Assembly: GCA_043825735.1 (NCBI GenBank)
Contig: JBDRRP010000129.1
Coordinates: 1 to 64,000 of the forward strand
DNA: 64,000 nt
Reading direction: 5' to 3'
Source of the DNA: Pseudomonadota bacterium
Lineage (GTDB): Bacteria > Desulfobacterota > Desulfobacteria > Desulfobacterales > JBDRRP01
Below are positions 10,154 through 18,716 of the stretch, piece by piece. The position numbers and the translations under genes were made by a program. The notes beneath the pieces are model-generated. The model was given only the letters and a program-made list of their open reading frames with translations. It was not told the origin of the DNA and did no database searches. The first letter of the stretch is position 1. Each line of letters starts with the position of its first letter.

Positions 10154-12226
10154 GTGACGGAGATAAGCGAAGCGACCAGCGCCGACACCGACGACGACGG
10201 ACTCGAACGGGCCAGACGCCTGGCGGAAGCGGAGGAAGGTATCTCCCGAAAGCCAAAAGGCTGGCAGCGGTTTGTCCTGCCCGCCATCGGTATTTCCTGG
10301 AGCATTTACCAGCTGTCCATCGCCAGTTGGCTGACGCTCGATTCCACCTACAACCGCTCGATCCATCTGAGCTTTGCCATGCTCATGGTGTTTCTGGGCT
10401 ATCCCATGCTCAAACGGGCGCCGCGGGGCCTCTCCTTTCTTTCCGCCAAGGACCGCATCCCCGCCATCGACTTTGCCGTCGCCATCGTGGCAGCCGTCTC
10501 GGCGCTGTATATCGTGCTCGATTTCGAAGGCATGACCCTGCGCTACGGCTCACCGATCCTGCGAGATCTCATCTTCGGCGCTCTGCTGGTCATTCTGCTG
10601 CTGGAGGCCGCCCGCCGGGTGATCGGACCTGCGCTGCCGGCCATCGCGACGGCGTTCATCGCTTACGCCTTCCTGGGGCCCCACATGCCCGAGCTCATCG
10701 CCTTCCAGGGGGTGTCGCTGAACCGGTTCATGGGCCAGATGACCATGTCCACGGAAGGCATTTACGGAATCCCGCTCTATGTGTCGGTGAAGGTGGTCTT
10801 TTTGTTCGTCCTGTTCGGCGCCATGCTCGACAAGGCCGGCGCCGGACACTACTTCATCCAGCTGGCTCTCAGCCTGCTGGGCGGCTTCAAGGGGGGGCCG
10901 GCCAAGGCGGCCGTCCTGGGCAGCGGCCTGACCGGTCTGGTATCCGGCTCGAGCATCGCCAACATCGTCACCACAGGCACCTTCACCATCCCCATGATGA
11001 AAAGAGTGGGTTACCCGCCCACAAAAGCAGCCGCCATTGAAGTGGCCGCCAGCACCGACGGGCAGCTCGCACCGCCCATCATGGGCGCGGCCGCCTTCAT
11101 CATCGCCGAATATGTCAACGTTCCCTACCTGGACGTCGTCAAGGCGGCGGCCGTGCCGGCATTCGCCTCCTACGCGGCACTGTTTTACATCACGCACATC
11201 GAGGCGTGCAAACTGGGACTGCAGGGGCTGCCGCGCGATGAGCTGCCGCCGTTTTTCAAGACACTGATCGCCGGGATCCACTATCTGATTCCCCTGAGCG
11301 TCCTGCTCTATGAGCTCATCGTGGTGAGGCACTCACCGGAGCTGGCGGCCTTCAACGCCATCGTCATGATGGCCGTCATCATGCTCCTTCAGCGGCCCAT
11401 CCGGGCGCGCCTTGATCATCACGCGCTGGGCCCGGCGTTCAAGCAGGGATTTGCCGACATCCTCGAGGCGCTCGCCGGCGGTGCCCGCAACATGGTATCG
11501 GTGGCGCTGGCCACGGCGGCCGCCGGCGTCATCGTCGGCGTGGTGGCCCTGGGACTGGGGCAGCTCATCACCCAGATCATCGACACGCTCTCGGGCGGCA
11601 ACATTTATCTCATGCTGGTCATCACCGCCATCGCCAGTCTCGTCATCGGCATGGGGCTGCCCACGACGGCCACCTACATCGTCATGGCCTCGCTCACCGC
11701 ACCGGCCATCGTCACCATCGGGAGAATGAACGACTTCATCGTGCCGCTCATGGCGGCCCATCTGTTCTGTTTTTATTTCGGTATCCTGGCCGACGATACG
11801 CCGCCGGTGGGGCTGGCCGCCTACGCCGCCGCCGCCATCGCCAAATCACCGCCCATTGCCACCGGGATACAGGGGTTCATGTACGACATCCGGACGGCCA
11901 TCCTGCCGTTCATGTTCATTTTCAATGCCGATCTGATCCTGCAAGGCGTGACCTCATGGAGCCAGGGGCTGCTCATTTTCGCAATGGCCTGCATGGGCAA
12001 TTTCGCTTTTGCCTCGGCCACCCAGGGGTTTTTCATCGCACGCAACAAAATATGGGAGATCCCCCTGTTTCTCACCGTGACCTTCATCCTCATGCGCCCT
12101 GACGCCGTGGCTTCCTTTGCCGGCATTCCGCACGGGCAGCGCTACTGGGCCTACCCCATGGGGCTGGCGCTCTTCGGTTTGATCTGGCTGATGCAAAGAC
12201 CGCGGCGCCCGGTGGCGGCGGTGTAA
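10154..12226 (+). CDS. TAXI TRAP transporter fused permease (4TM/12TM)
   Basis: GGPAKAAV, SGSSIAN, EVAASTDGQLAPPIMGAAAF, GMGLPTTATY, DDTPPV; GTG 10154 preceded by GGGAG. Confidence 0.93.
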   Translation: MTEISEATSADTDDDGLERARRLAEAEEGISRKPKGWQRFVLPAIGISWSIYQLSIASWLTLDSTYNRSIHLSFAMLMVFLGYPMLKRAPRGLSFLSAKDRIPAIDFAVAIVAAVSALYIVLDFEGMTLRYGSPILRDLIFGALLVILLLEAARRVIGPALPAIATAFIAYAFLGPHMPELIAFQGVSLNRFMGQMTMSTEGIYGIPLYVSVKVVFLFVLFGAMLDKAGAGHYFIQLALSLLGGFKGGPAKAAVLGSGLTGLVSGSSIANIVTTGTFTIPMMKRVGYPPTKAAAIEVAASTDGQLAPPIMGAAAFIIAEYVNVPYLDVVKAAAVPAFASYAALFYITHIEACKLGLQGLPRDELPPFFKTLIAGIHYLIPLSVLLYELIVVRHSPELAAFNAIVMMAVIMLLQRPIRARLDHHALGPAFKQGFADILEALAGGARNMVSVALATAAAGVIVGVVALGLGQLITQIIDTLSGGNIYLMLVITAIASLVIGMGLPTTATYIVMASLTAPAIVTIGRMNDFIVPLMAAHLFCFYFGILADDTPPVGLAAYAAAAIAKSPPIATGIQGFMYDIRTAILPFMFIFNADLILQGVTSWSQGLLIFAMACMGNFAFASATQGFFIARNKIWEIPLFLTVTFILMRPDAVASFAGIPHGQRYWAYPMGLALFGLIWLMQRPRRPVAAV

Positions 12227-12524
12227 GGCGATAAGACACCGCACACAGCTTCACAAAGATACGCAAGATAGTGGATGAAACCAAAAGACATTGAACCGCG
12301 AAGCGCGCGAAGGACGCTAAGATTTGTCCGGATCGGGTCGCCGGGGAAAATCATCCCGGCTCACGATTCGAACAAAGGTGCCTTGCTCTATGCACCGTGC
12401 CCACCGGTGCGACACCGTCAGTTACGTGCAAAACCATCAGCGGGATCGTAGCCCGGCGCAAGCCGGGCACCCGATTCCGCTGATTTTTCTTCGCGTTCTT
12501 TGCGTGCTTGAGCGCAGCGGGCGG

Positions 12525-13559
12525 TTAATCTGTTTTACCGGCCCCGCCCATTTCCACACCGGCGATGGTGGCCCCGCACTCGCGGCAGGCGCCGTTTCGC
12601 AGGCGCACCGCGCGCACGGTAAAACCGATCCGCTCGATCACGCAGGCGCCGCACTGCCAGCAATGGGTGCTCTCGCCCCCCTGACCCGGGATATTCCCCG
12701 TATAAACGTAGCGCAGACCGGCGTCCTTGCCGATCTTGGCAGCGGCAAACAGCGTGGCCGGCGGCGTGGGCGACCGGTCGGTAAGGCGGTAGGTGGGATG
12801 GAACCGGCTGATGTGCCAAGGGGTGTCGGGGCCCAGCGCATCCACGAGAAACCGGGCCATGTCGCCCAGCAGCACCGGGTCGTCATTGAGCCCAGGGATG
12901 ATCAGGGTGGTCACTTCCACCAGCACCCCTTTTTCCGCCATGCGCTCAAGGGTCTCCATTACGGGCTTGAGCCGGGCCCCGCACTGGCGCTTGTAGAACC
13001 CGTCGTCGAAGGCCTTCAGATCCACGTTGGCGGCGTCCAGATAAGGCGCGACCATGTCCAGCGCCTCGGCGCTCATGTAACCGTTGGTGACGAATACGTT
13101 TTTAAGGCCGCGGGCGCTGGCCAGCCGCGCCGTGTCGTGGGCGAACTCGAAAAAGACGGTGGGCTCGGTGTAGGTGTAGGCGATGCTTCGACAGCCGGCC
13201 TGCTCGGCTGCCGCGACCACCGATTCGGGGGTGGCCGCCTCGCCGGAGATGCGGCCGTGGTGATCCGCCGGCATTTGGGCGATGTCGGCATTCTGGCAGA
13301 ACCGGCAGGAGAAATTGCACCCCACAGTGGCGATGGAATAGGACAGGCTCCCCGGGGCCAGATGAAACAGGGGCTTTTTTTCGATGGGGTCCACGTGGCG
13401 CGCGATCAAGCGGCCATAGACCAGCGACACCAGGGTGCCGCCCTGGTTCTCCCGGACACCGCAGATGCCGCGCGCTGCCGGCGCCACCACACACCGATGG
13501 CTGCACAGCCGGCAGCGCACCCGGTCCTCATCGAGATGCTCGTATAGATAGGCTTCCAT
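12525..13559 (-). CDS. amrS: AmmeMemoRadiSam system radical SAM enzyme
   Basis: CRLCSHRC...CGVR N-terminus, DPIEKKPLFH, GCNFSCRFCQN, YTYTEP, YVYTGN, terminal CxxC pairs; GGAGG RBS before ATG 13559. Confidence 0.9.
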   Translation of the reverse strand: MEAYLYEHLDEDRVRCRLCSHRCVVAPAARGICGVRENQGGTLVSLVYGRLIARHVDPIEKKPLFHLAPGSLSYSIATVGCNFSCRFCQNADIAQMPADHHGRISGEAATPESVVAAAEQAGCRSIAYTYTEPTVFFEFAHDTARLASARGLKNVFVTNGYMSAEALDMVAPYLDAANVDLKAFDDGFYKRQCGARLKPVMETLERMAEKGVLVEVTTLIIPGLNDDPVLLGDMARFLVDALGPDTPWHISRFHPTYRLTDRSPTPPATLFAAAKIGKDAGLRYVYTGNIPGQGGESTHCWQCGACVIERIGFTVRAVRLRNGACRECGATIAGVEMGGAGKTD

Positions 13560-13570
13560 CGAAAACCTCC

Positions 13571-14030
13571 AGGGGCCAAGGGGTCGAGGGGTCAAGGGGT
13601 CGAGTGCCCCCCTGGATAGTGGCTTTGGCCGGTATGACGACATCAAAAATTAAAAGCCGAACTTCCAACTCGCCTGAGGCGAGCAAGCACTTGTCCGCCT
13701 CAGGCGGATCGAACGTCGAACGCTGAACATCGAATGTAAACCCCATCAACAGCCGCCGGATCTGGGTTTCGCCGTTCATTTTTCATTCATCATTCGACGT
13801 TGGATGTTCGCTTTTCTCTGCGCCTCAGCGCCCCTGCGCGAGAAATCTCTTTGGTTTTCTTGGCGTTCTTTGCGTGTTTGCGCGAGTAATCGGTTTTCGC
13901 CTTTTCTGTCATCCCGGCGGAAGGCCCGAATCCGCTACAGGGCTTTGGATGACAACCCCGCGCTGGCGGGGCAGGCCGCAGGGCGGGCGTTTCGCCTGGA
14001 CCCCTGAGCGAAGCGAAGGGGTTCTAAGGC
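13571..14030. repeat. Composite intergenic repeat block
   Basis: AGGGGTCG/A octamers at 13571-13605 (also 61177-61210); 13659-13736 and 13779-13918 are copies of 216-293 and 520-674. Confidence 0.9.
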
Positions 14031-14048
14031 AAAGATGCCCACAAACCT

Positions 14049-14194
14049 GGTGAGGCGGCTCAGGGGGTAGATTTTGGCTCAGAGCAAGGCCAGAGCATTT
14101 TCGAAACCGGAGGCGTAGCGGAGCTACGTCGAGGATTTCGAAAAGTGCGATAACGCCGCTCTGAGTCAAAAGATGCCCCCTGAGCCGCCTCACC
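14049..14194 (-). repeat. ~140-bp nested-stem repeat, copy 1 of 3
   Basis: 19-bp perfect terminal inverted repeat (14049-14067/14176-14194); core GGCATCTTTTG...GGCGTT...CCTCGACGTAGC..GCTACGCCT...GCCTT...CCAAAA shared with 52706-52846 and 58385-58509. Confidence 0.85.
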
Positions 14195-14948
14195 CGGGGA
14201 CAATGCCTGTATTCATCCCCCGCTTCGCCTTCGCCGGCAGCCGGAGCTTGAGGGGCCGCGTGCGAAAACGCGGGACCAGTTCGGCAACCACTCCGGCAAA
14301 AGCGCCGAACGGGCATTTCTGAACCATGGGCCAGCGCTCCAGGCGAAAGTGGAATTCCGTTGACACATCCGGCAGCTGGCACACCGTTCTCCAGCTCATG
14401 GGGACATTGCCCGCCACCGCGCGGATCTCTCGCTTGATCTGCCAGACACTGAAAAACCGGGCACGATTATAGATGGTCCGGTTGAACATGCCCTCAAGCC
14501 GCCGCTGCACGCTTTTGATGGCGTAGCGGTTTAAAAATCCGATAAACAGTCTGTCCTTTGCCACCCGGCAGGCTTCTTCGATGGCCTTTCGGGTGTCATC
14601 AACGAACTCGAGCGTGGTGATGAGACAGGCATGGTTGAAGGCATTGTCTTCAAACGGCAGGGACTCGGCAACGCCGCGGTGACGATCCACCCGGTTGCCG
14701 TATCGTTCGGCCAAAAGATCGAGCATGTAGGGAGACGGATCAATGGCGGTGAGCTGGACGCCGGCGTCCATCATGGGGCGCAGTCGCGCCCCCGGGCCAC
14801 AACCGATGATCAGCACCGAGTCGGTGGGATCCGGCCGCAGCATGTCCATGACCAGATGCGCCTCCATATCCAAGGTCATGCGGTTGCCTGGATCGTCGAC
14901 CCATCGGGCATAGTTGCGGGCATCTTCAAAGTCGAATACGTATCCCAT
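14190..14948 (-). CDS. Class I SAM-dependent methyltransferase
   Basis: VLIIGCGPG motif I, IDPSPYML, AESLPFEDNAFN, EEACRV. Confidence 0.88.
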   Translation of the reverse strand: MGYVFDFEDARNYARWVDDPGNRMTLDMEAHLVMDMLRPDPTDSVLIIGCGPGARLRPMMDAGVQLTAIDPSPYMLDLLAERYGNRVDRHRGVAESLPFEDNAFNHACLITTLEFVDDTRKAIEEACRVAKDRLFIGFLNRYAIKSVQRRLEGMFNRTIYNRARFFSVWQIKREIRAVAGNVPMSWRTVCQLPDVSTEFHFRLERWPMVQKCPFGAFAGVVAELVPRFRTRPLKLRLPAKAKRGMNTGIVPG

Positions 14949-15163
14949 AGATGCTGGATACTAAAGAAGTTGTTGCCGATTATCAAGGATGAAGCCGTGC
15001 GGCGTTCAACATTGAACGCCTGCACGGAGGCCTTTGACAAACGACCGGCGGGTGACATAACCTAAATCGTTCAGTAAAAAAGCAATTTTCTCGCATCAGG
15101 CTTCGCTCTGCGAGCTACGCCCGACAAGAAGACGCCAAGCGCGCCAAGGAAAAATTAGTTACT

Positions 15164-15414
15164 TGGTTATGCACTATCCTCCAGTGAATGAGCCGACGCT
15201 CTTTGTACCAAAAATTCGTCATTGCACCGAAGCGCCTATCGCGGCATTCCAAATGGGCACCGGAAGTCAGTCTAATCGTGTAGGGTGCGGGGTTTATCCC
15301 CGCCCGTGATCGGTGAACACAAACGATTGGGGTCATCTTAGCCGATTGCGGGAGGGGATGAACCCCTCCCCTACGAAACAGCCAGAACCCCAACTGGCGA
15401 ATAGTGCATAACCA
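15164..15414. mobile_element. MITE-like element carrying an inverted pair of GTAG-type REP sequences
   Basis: 14-bp perfect inverted repeat TGGTTATGCACTAT/ATAGTGCATAACCA; inner GTAGGGTGCGGGGTTTATCCCCGCCCG (15280-15306) and CGGGAGGGGATGAACCCCTCCCCTAC (15349-15374). Confidence 0.6.
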
Positions 15415-15456
15415 GGGTTATTTAATATCAATATGTTAACTTTGTGATCTTTGCGA

Positions 15457-15484
15457 TTATATCGGCACTAACAAAAGCCTAACG
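15457..15484 (+). promoter_or_regulatory. Candidate Pho box upstream of phoB
   Basis: TTATAT/CTAACA/CTAACG starting at 15457, 15468, 15479 (11-bp period); about 400 bp upstream with two repeats in between. Confidence 0.45.
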
Positions 15485-15607
15485 CCGTGCGCATCCGGCG
15501 CTTATCGGCCGGCAATACGGTACTGACCCAGTTGCGCGGCGTAGCGCCGCTCATCGTCAGAATCTATAAAAGCAGCTTGCTATTGCGCAATCTGCTTATG
15601 CACAATT

Positions 15608-15745
15608 TTGATGGCACCGTAAAAAGTCTGAAATCACCACAGAGGACACAGAGAGCGCAGAGATAACCCATTAATAATTAATAATATTCTCTGCGTTCCG
15701 CTGCGATCTCTGCGGTTCAAAACCACTTTTAATGGATTCATCAAG
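15608..15745. repeat. ~135-bp palindromic element with TTGATG..CGTAAAAAG termini
   Basis: Homologous to 29492-29627, 34915-35010, 56276-56410 and half copy 58732-58805; same termini at 52860-52995. Confidence 0.85.
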
Positions 15746-15784
15746 GTTGACTTAACCCGCAGCGCTGCAAGTGAACCAGGAAGG

Positions 15785-15858
15785 CCACGAAGTGCACGAA
15801 GAAAAGCCAAAAGACAGGTGCGTTGGAACACCTTCGTGTCCTTCGTGAACTTCGTGGT
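15785..15858. repeat. CACGAAG/CTTCGTG inverted doublet repeat
   Basis: CCACGAAGTGCACGAAG ... CTTCGTGTCCTTCGTGAACTTCGTGGT; second copy at 59710-59793. Confidence 0.85.
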
Positions 15859-15884
15859 GCAAAATCAATATACGGGAACATACC

Positions 15885-16580
15885 ATGAGCAAAGAGACCA
15901 TACTGGCCGTTGATGATGAGGAGGATATTCTCGAACTGGTGCGCTTCAACCTCACCCGGGAGGGCTTTCGGGTGATCACGGCGGAGACCGGCGAGGCGGC
16001 GCTCAAACTGGCCCGTTCTGAATCCATCGATCTGATCATCCTGGATCTGATGCTTCCGGGAATGGACGGACTGGAAGTGGCCCGCCGCCTGAAAGCCGAC
16101 GACAAGTACCGGCACGTGCCCATCATCATGCTCTCGGCCAAGGGCGAGGAAGCCGATATCGTCACCGGACTTGAACTGGGCGCCGACGATTACATGACCA
16201 AACCGTTCAGCCCCCGGATTCTCATAGCGCGCACCAAGGCGGTATTGAGACGCAAAATCGCACCGGCTGAAGATGCACAGAGTGTGGTGCAGATCCACGA
16301 TCTGATCATTCACCCGGGGAGGCGGCAGGTGACAATGGCCGGTGAGCCGATCGATCTCACCTACACCGAGTTCCAGGTACTCTACTATCTGGCCAAGCGT
16401 CCCGGCTGGGTGTTCACCCGGACCCAGATCGTCGATGCGGTCCGCGGTGATGACTACCCGGTAACGGATCGCTCCGTTGATGTCCAGATCGTTGGCCTGC
16501 GCAAAAAAATGGGCACCCGGGGCGGCGCCTATATCGAAACCGTGCGCGGTGTCGGCTACCGGTTCAAGGAGCCCCAATGA
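15885..16580 (+). CDS. phoB: OmpR-family response regulator, PhoB/PhoP type
   Basis: VDDEEDI, LDLMLPGMDG, GADDYMTKPFS, RSVDVQIVGLRKK, ETVRGVGY; ATGA overlap with a PhoR-like kinase; pstS and phoU in the window. Confidence 0.85.
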   Translation: MSKETILAVDDEEDILELVRFNLTREGFRVITAETGEAALKLARSESIDLIILDLMLPGMDGLEVARRLKADDKYRHVPIIMLSAKGEEADIVTGLELGADDYMTKPFSPRILIARTKAVLRRKIAPAEDAQSVVQIHDLIIHPGRRQVTMAGEPIDLTYTEFQVLYYLAKRPGWVFTRTQIVDAVRGDDYPVTDRSVDVQIVGLRKKMGTRGGAYIETVRGVGYRFKEPQ

Positions 16581-18376
16581 TCCGGCGCCGCACGCTGTTC
16601 TGGCATATTTTACCGATGTTTATTTTGGTCATCGGGCTGGCCCTGGCGGGGGTCACCCTTTACAGCACTTCGGCCATGGAAGCGTTCTTCCTGGAACAGA
16701 CCCGGGCGGAGCTCACAGCACGCGCGCTGCTGTTGACACCGCAACTTTCCGAATCGGCGTTTTCCCAAGATGCATCTGTCCTCCAGCAGATCATCGGCAC
16801 TCCGGGGCGGATCTCGGGCACCCGTATTTCCCTCATTCTGCCCTCCGGGCAGGTCCGGGCCGACTCGGCCTACAATTCCGTTGAAATGGAAAACCATGCC
16901 AACCGGCCCGAAATCGCGGCCGCTTTTCGCGGCGAAAACGGCAGCGCCATCCGGTTCAGCAATACCCTGAAAAAGCGCATGATGTACGTGGCCCTGCCCA
17001 TCCGCCAATCCGACGGCACCATCTTCGCCGTCATCCGCACCGCCCTGCCGGTAAGCGCCATCGATGATAAACTCGGTGTCATTCGCCTGCGCCTTCTGCT
17101 GGGCGGCGTGGTCTTCGCCGTCCTGTCTGTGCTGTTGAGCATGCTCGTGAGCCGCCGTATCAGCTGGCCCATCGCGGAAATCAAACGCGGAGCCGAGCGC
17201 TTCGCCGCCGGCGACCTGGACCGCCCGCTGCCCATCCCCGACGCATCGGAGCTGGCCAACCTGGTGCGCGCCATGAACCGGATGGCCGCCGAAATCGCGC
17301 GCCGGATCCATCAGGCGGAATCCCGCAGCAGGGAAATCGAGTCCATTCTCGCCAGCATGATAGAGGGCGTCATTGCCGTGGACATGGAAGCAAACGTCCT
17401 TCGCATCAATGCCGCCGCCAGCCGCATGCTCGCCCTTTCGCCGGAGGCTGCGGGCGGTCGATCCCTTCACGAACTGATCCGCAACACGGCCTTCCATCAA
17501 CTTTTGGAAAAAAGCGCAAAAAGCGGCAAAAGCGGTGAAGCGGATATCGTTTTCTACGCTCCCAGCGAGTTGATCATCCACACCCGCTGCGCCCCCCTCA
17601 AAGACGCCGCGGACCGCCGCCTGGGCGTTCTCATTGTTATGAACGACGTAAGCCAGTTGCGGCGACTGGAAAATATGCGCCGCGATTTCGCCGCCAACGT
17701 CTCCCACGAAATCAAGACACCGCTGACGGCCATCAAGGGGTTCGTGGAGACCCTGCGGCACACCGCCGTCGACGATCCTGAAGCCGCCGCGCGGTTTTTG
17801 CAGATCATCGAAAAGCATGTCAACCGGCTGGCCGCCATCATCGAAGACCTGATGCAGCTCTCGCGCATCGAACGCGACAGCGCCGGCGAGGACCTGTTTT
17901 TAAGAGAGCACCGCTTGAAGGACATCCTTCAGACGGCCATACAGATCTGCAACGAGACCTCCGCCCTGCGTAGCGTCTCTATCGAACTGTCCTGTGACGA
18001 TGAGGTGACCGTCATGGCCGACAGCCCCCTGCTGGAGCAGGCCGCCGTCAACCTTCTGGACAATGCCATCAAATACAGCGCCGCCGGAGAGACCATCCGC
18101 ATCACCACCCGCATGCTGGACGGCGAAATCCAGGTCTCCGTCGCAGACAATGGCCCGGGCATCCCCAAAAAACACCTGCCGCGCCTCTTCGAGCGTTTCT
18201 ACCGCGTTGACAAAGCCCGCAGCCGTCAGGTGGGCGGCACCGGATTGGGGCTGGCCATCGTCAAACACATCGCCCAGGCCCACGGCGGACACGTCACCGT
18301 GGAAAGCGAAGTGAACAAGGGCAGCACCTTCACCCTCCACCTGCCGCGGCCGGTAACAGAGCCCTCCGCTGGATAG
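16577..18376 (+). CDS. phoR: Sensor histidine kinase PhoR type (2 TM, ENHxxRPEI sensor domain, HAMP, PAS, HisKA, HATPase)
   Basis: MENHANRPEI, RRDFAANVSHEIKTPLTAIKGFVETL, NLLDNAIKY, FERFYRVDKARSRQVGGTGLGLAIVKH. Confidence 0.88.
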   Translation: MIRRRTLFWHILPMFILVIGLALAGVTLYSTSAMEAFFLEQTRAELTARALLLTPQLSESAFSQDASVLQQIIGTPGRISGTRISLILPSGQVRADSAYNSVEMENHANRPEIAAAFRGENGSAIRFSNTLKKRMMYVALPIRQSDGTIFAVIRTALPVSAIDDKLGVIRLRLLLGGVVFAVLSVLLSMLVSRRISWPIAEIKRGAERFAAGDLDRPLPIPDASELANLVRAMNRMAAEIARRIHQAESRSREIESILASMIEGVIAVDMEANVLRINAAASRMLALSPEAAGGRSLHELIRNTAFHQLLEKSAKSGKSGEADIVFYAPSELIIHTRCAPLKDAADRRLGVLIVMNDVSQLRRLENMRRDFAANVSHEIKTPLTAIKGFVETLRHTAVDDPEAAARFLQIIEKHVNRLAAIIEDLMQLSRIERDSAGEDLFLREHRLKDILQTAIQICNETSALRSVSIELSCDDEVTVMADSPLLEQAAVNLLDNAIKYSAAGETIRITTRMLDGEIQVSVADNGPGIPKKHLPRLFERFYRVDKARSRQVGGTGLGLAIVKHIAQAHGGHVTVESEVNKGSTFTLHLPRPVTEPSAG

Positions 18377-18716
18377 CGATTTCGATTTCGATGTTCACAC
18401 GGTGTTGCTGTCCAAACAGAACGTATTTATGACAACCCGCTCTAAAAACACGGCTATCCAGATTTTAATCTGCTGATTTGCAGAAAACGCAACTGTGGCA
18501 ACAAGCCCCTCCGCGCATTTTTGATAGCCCCGTAAAGTCAGAATCTCTCGCAAAGCCGCAGAGATCGCAAAATGATGAAGAAATAACCTTCCTCTAATCC
18601 TCCCCAAATACAACCGACCGATTATACTGCGAATACAAAGACCTATGCGCATCTCTCGGCCGATGTCACACCGGGAGTCTGTTCAATACGGGACCCTACC
18701 GAAAGGATGCCAAAAC

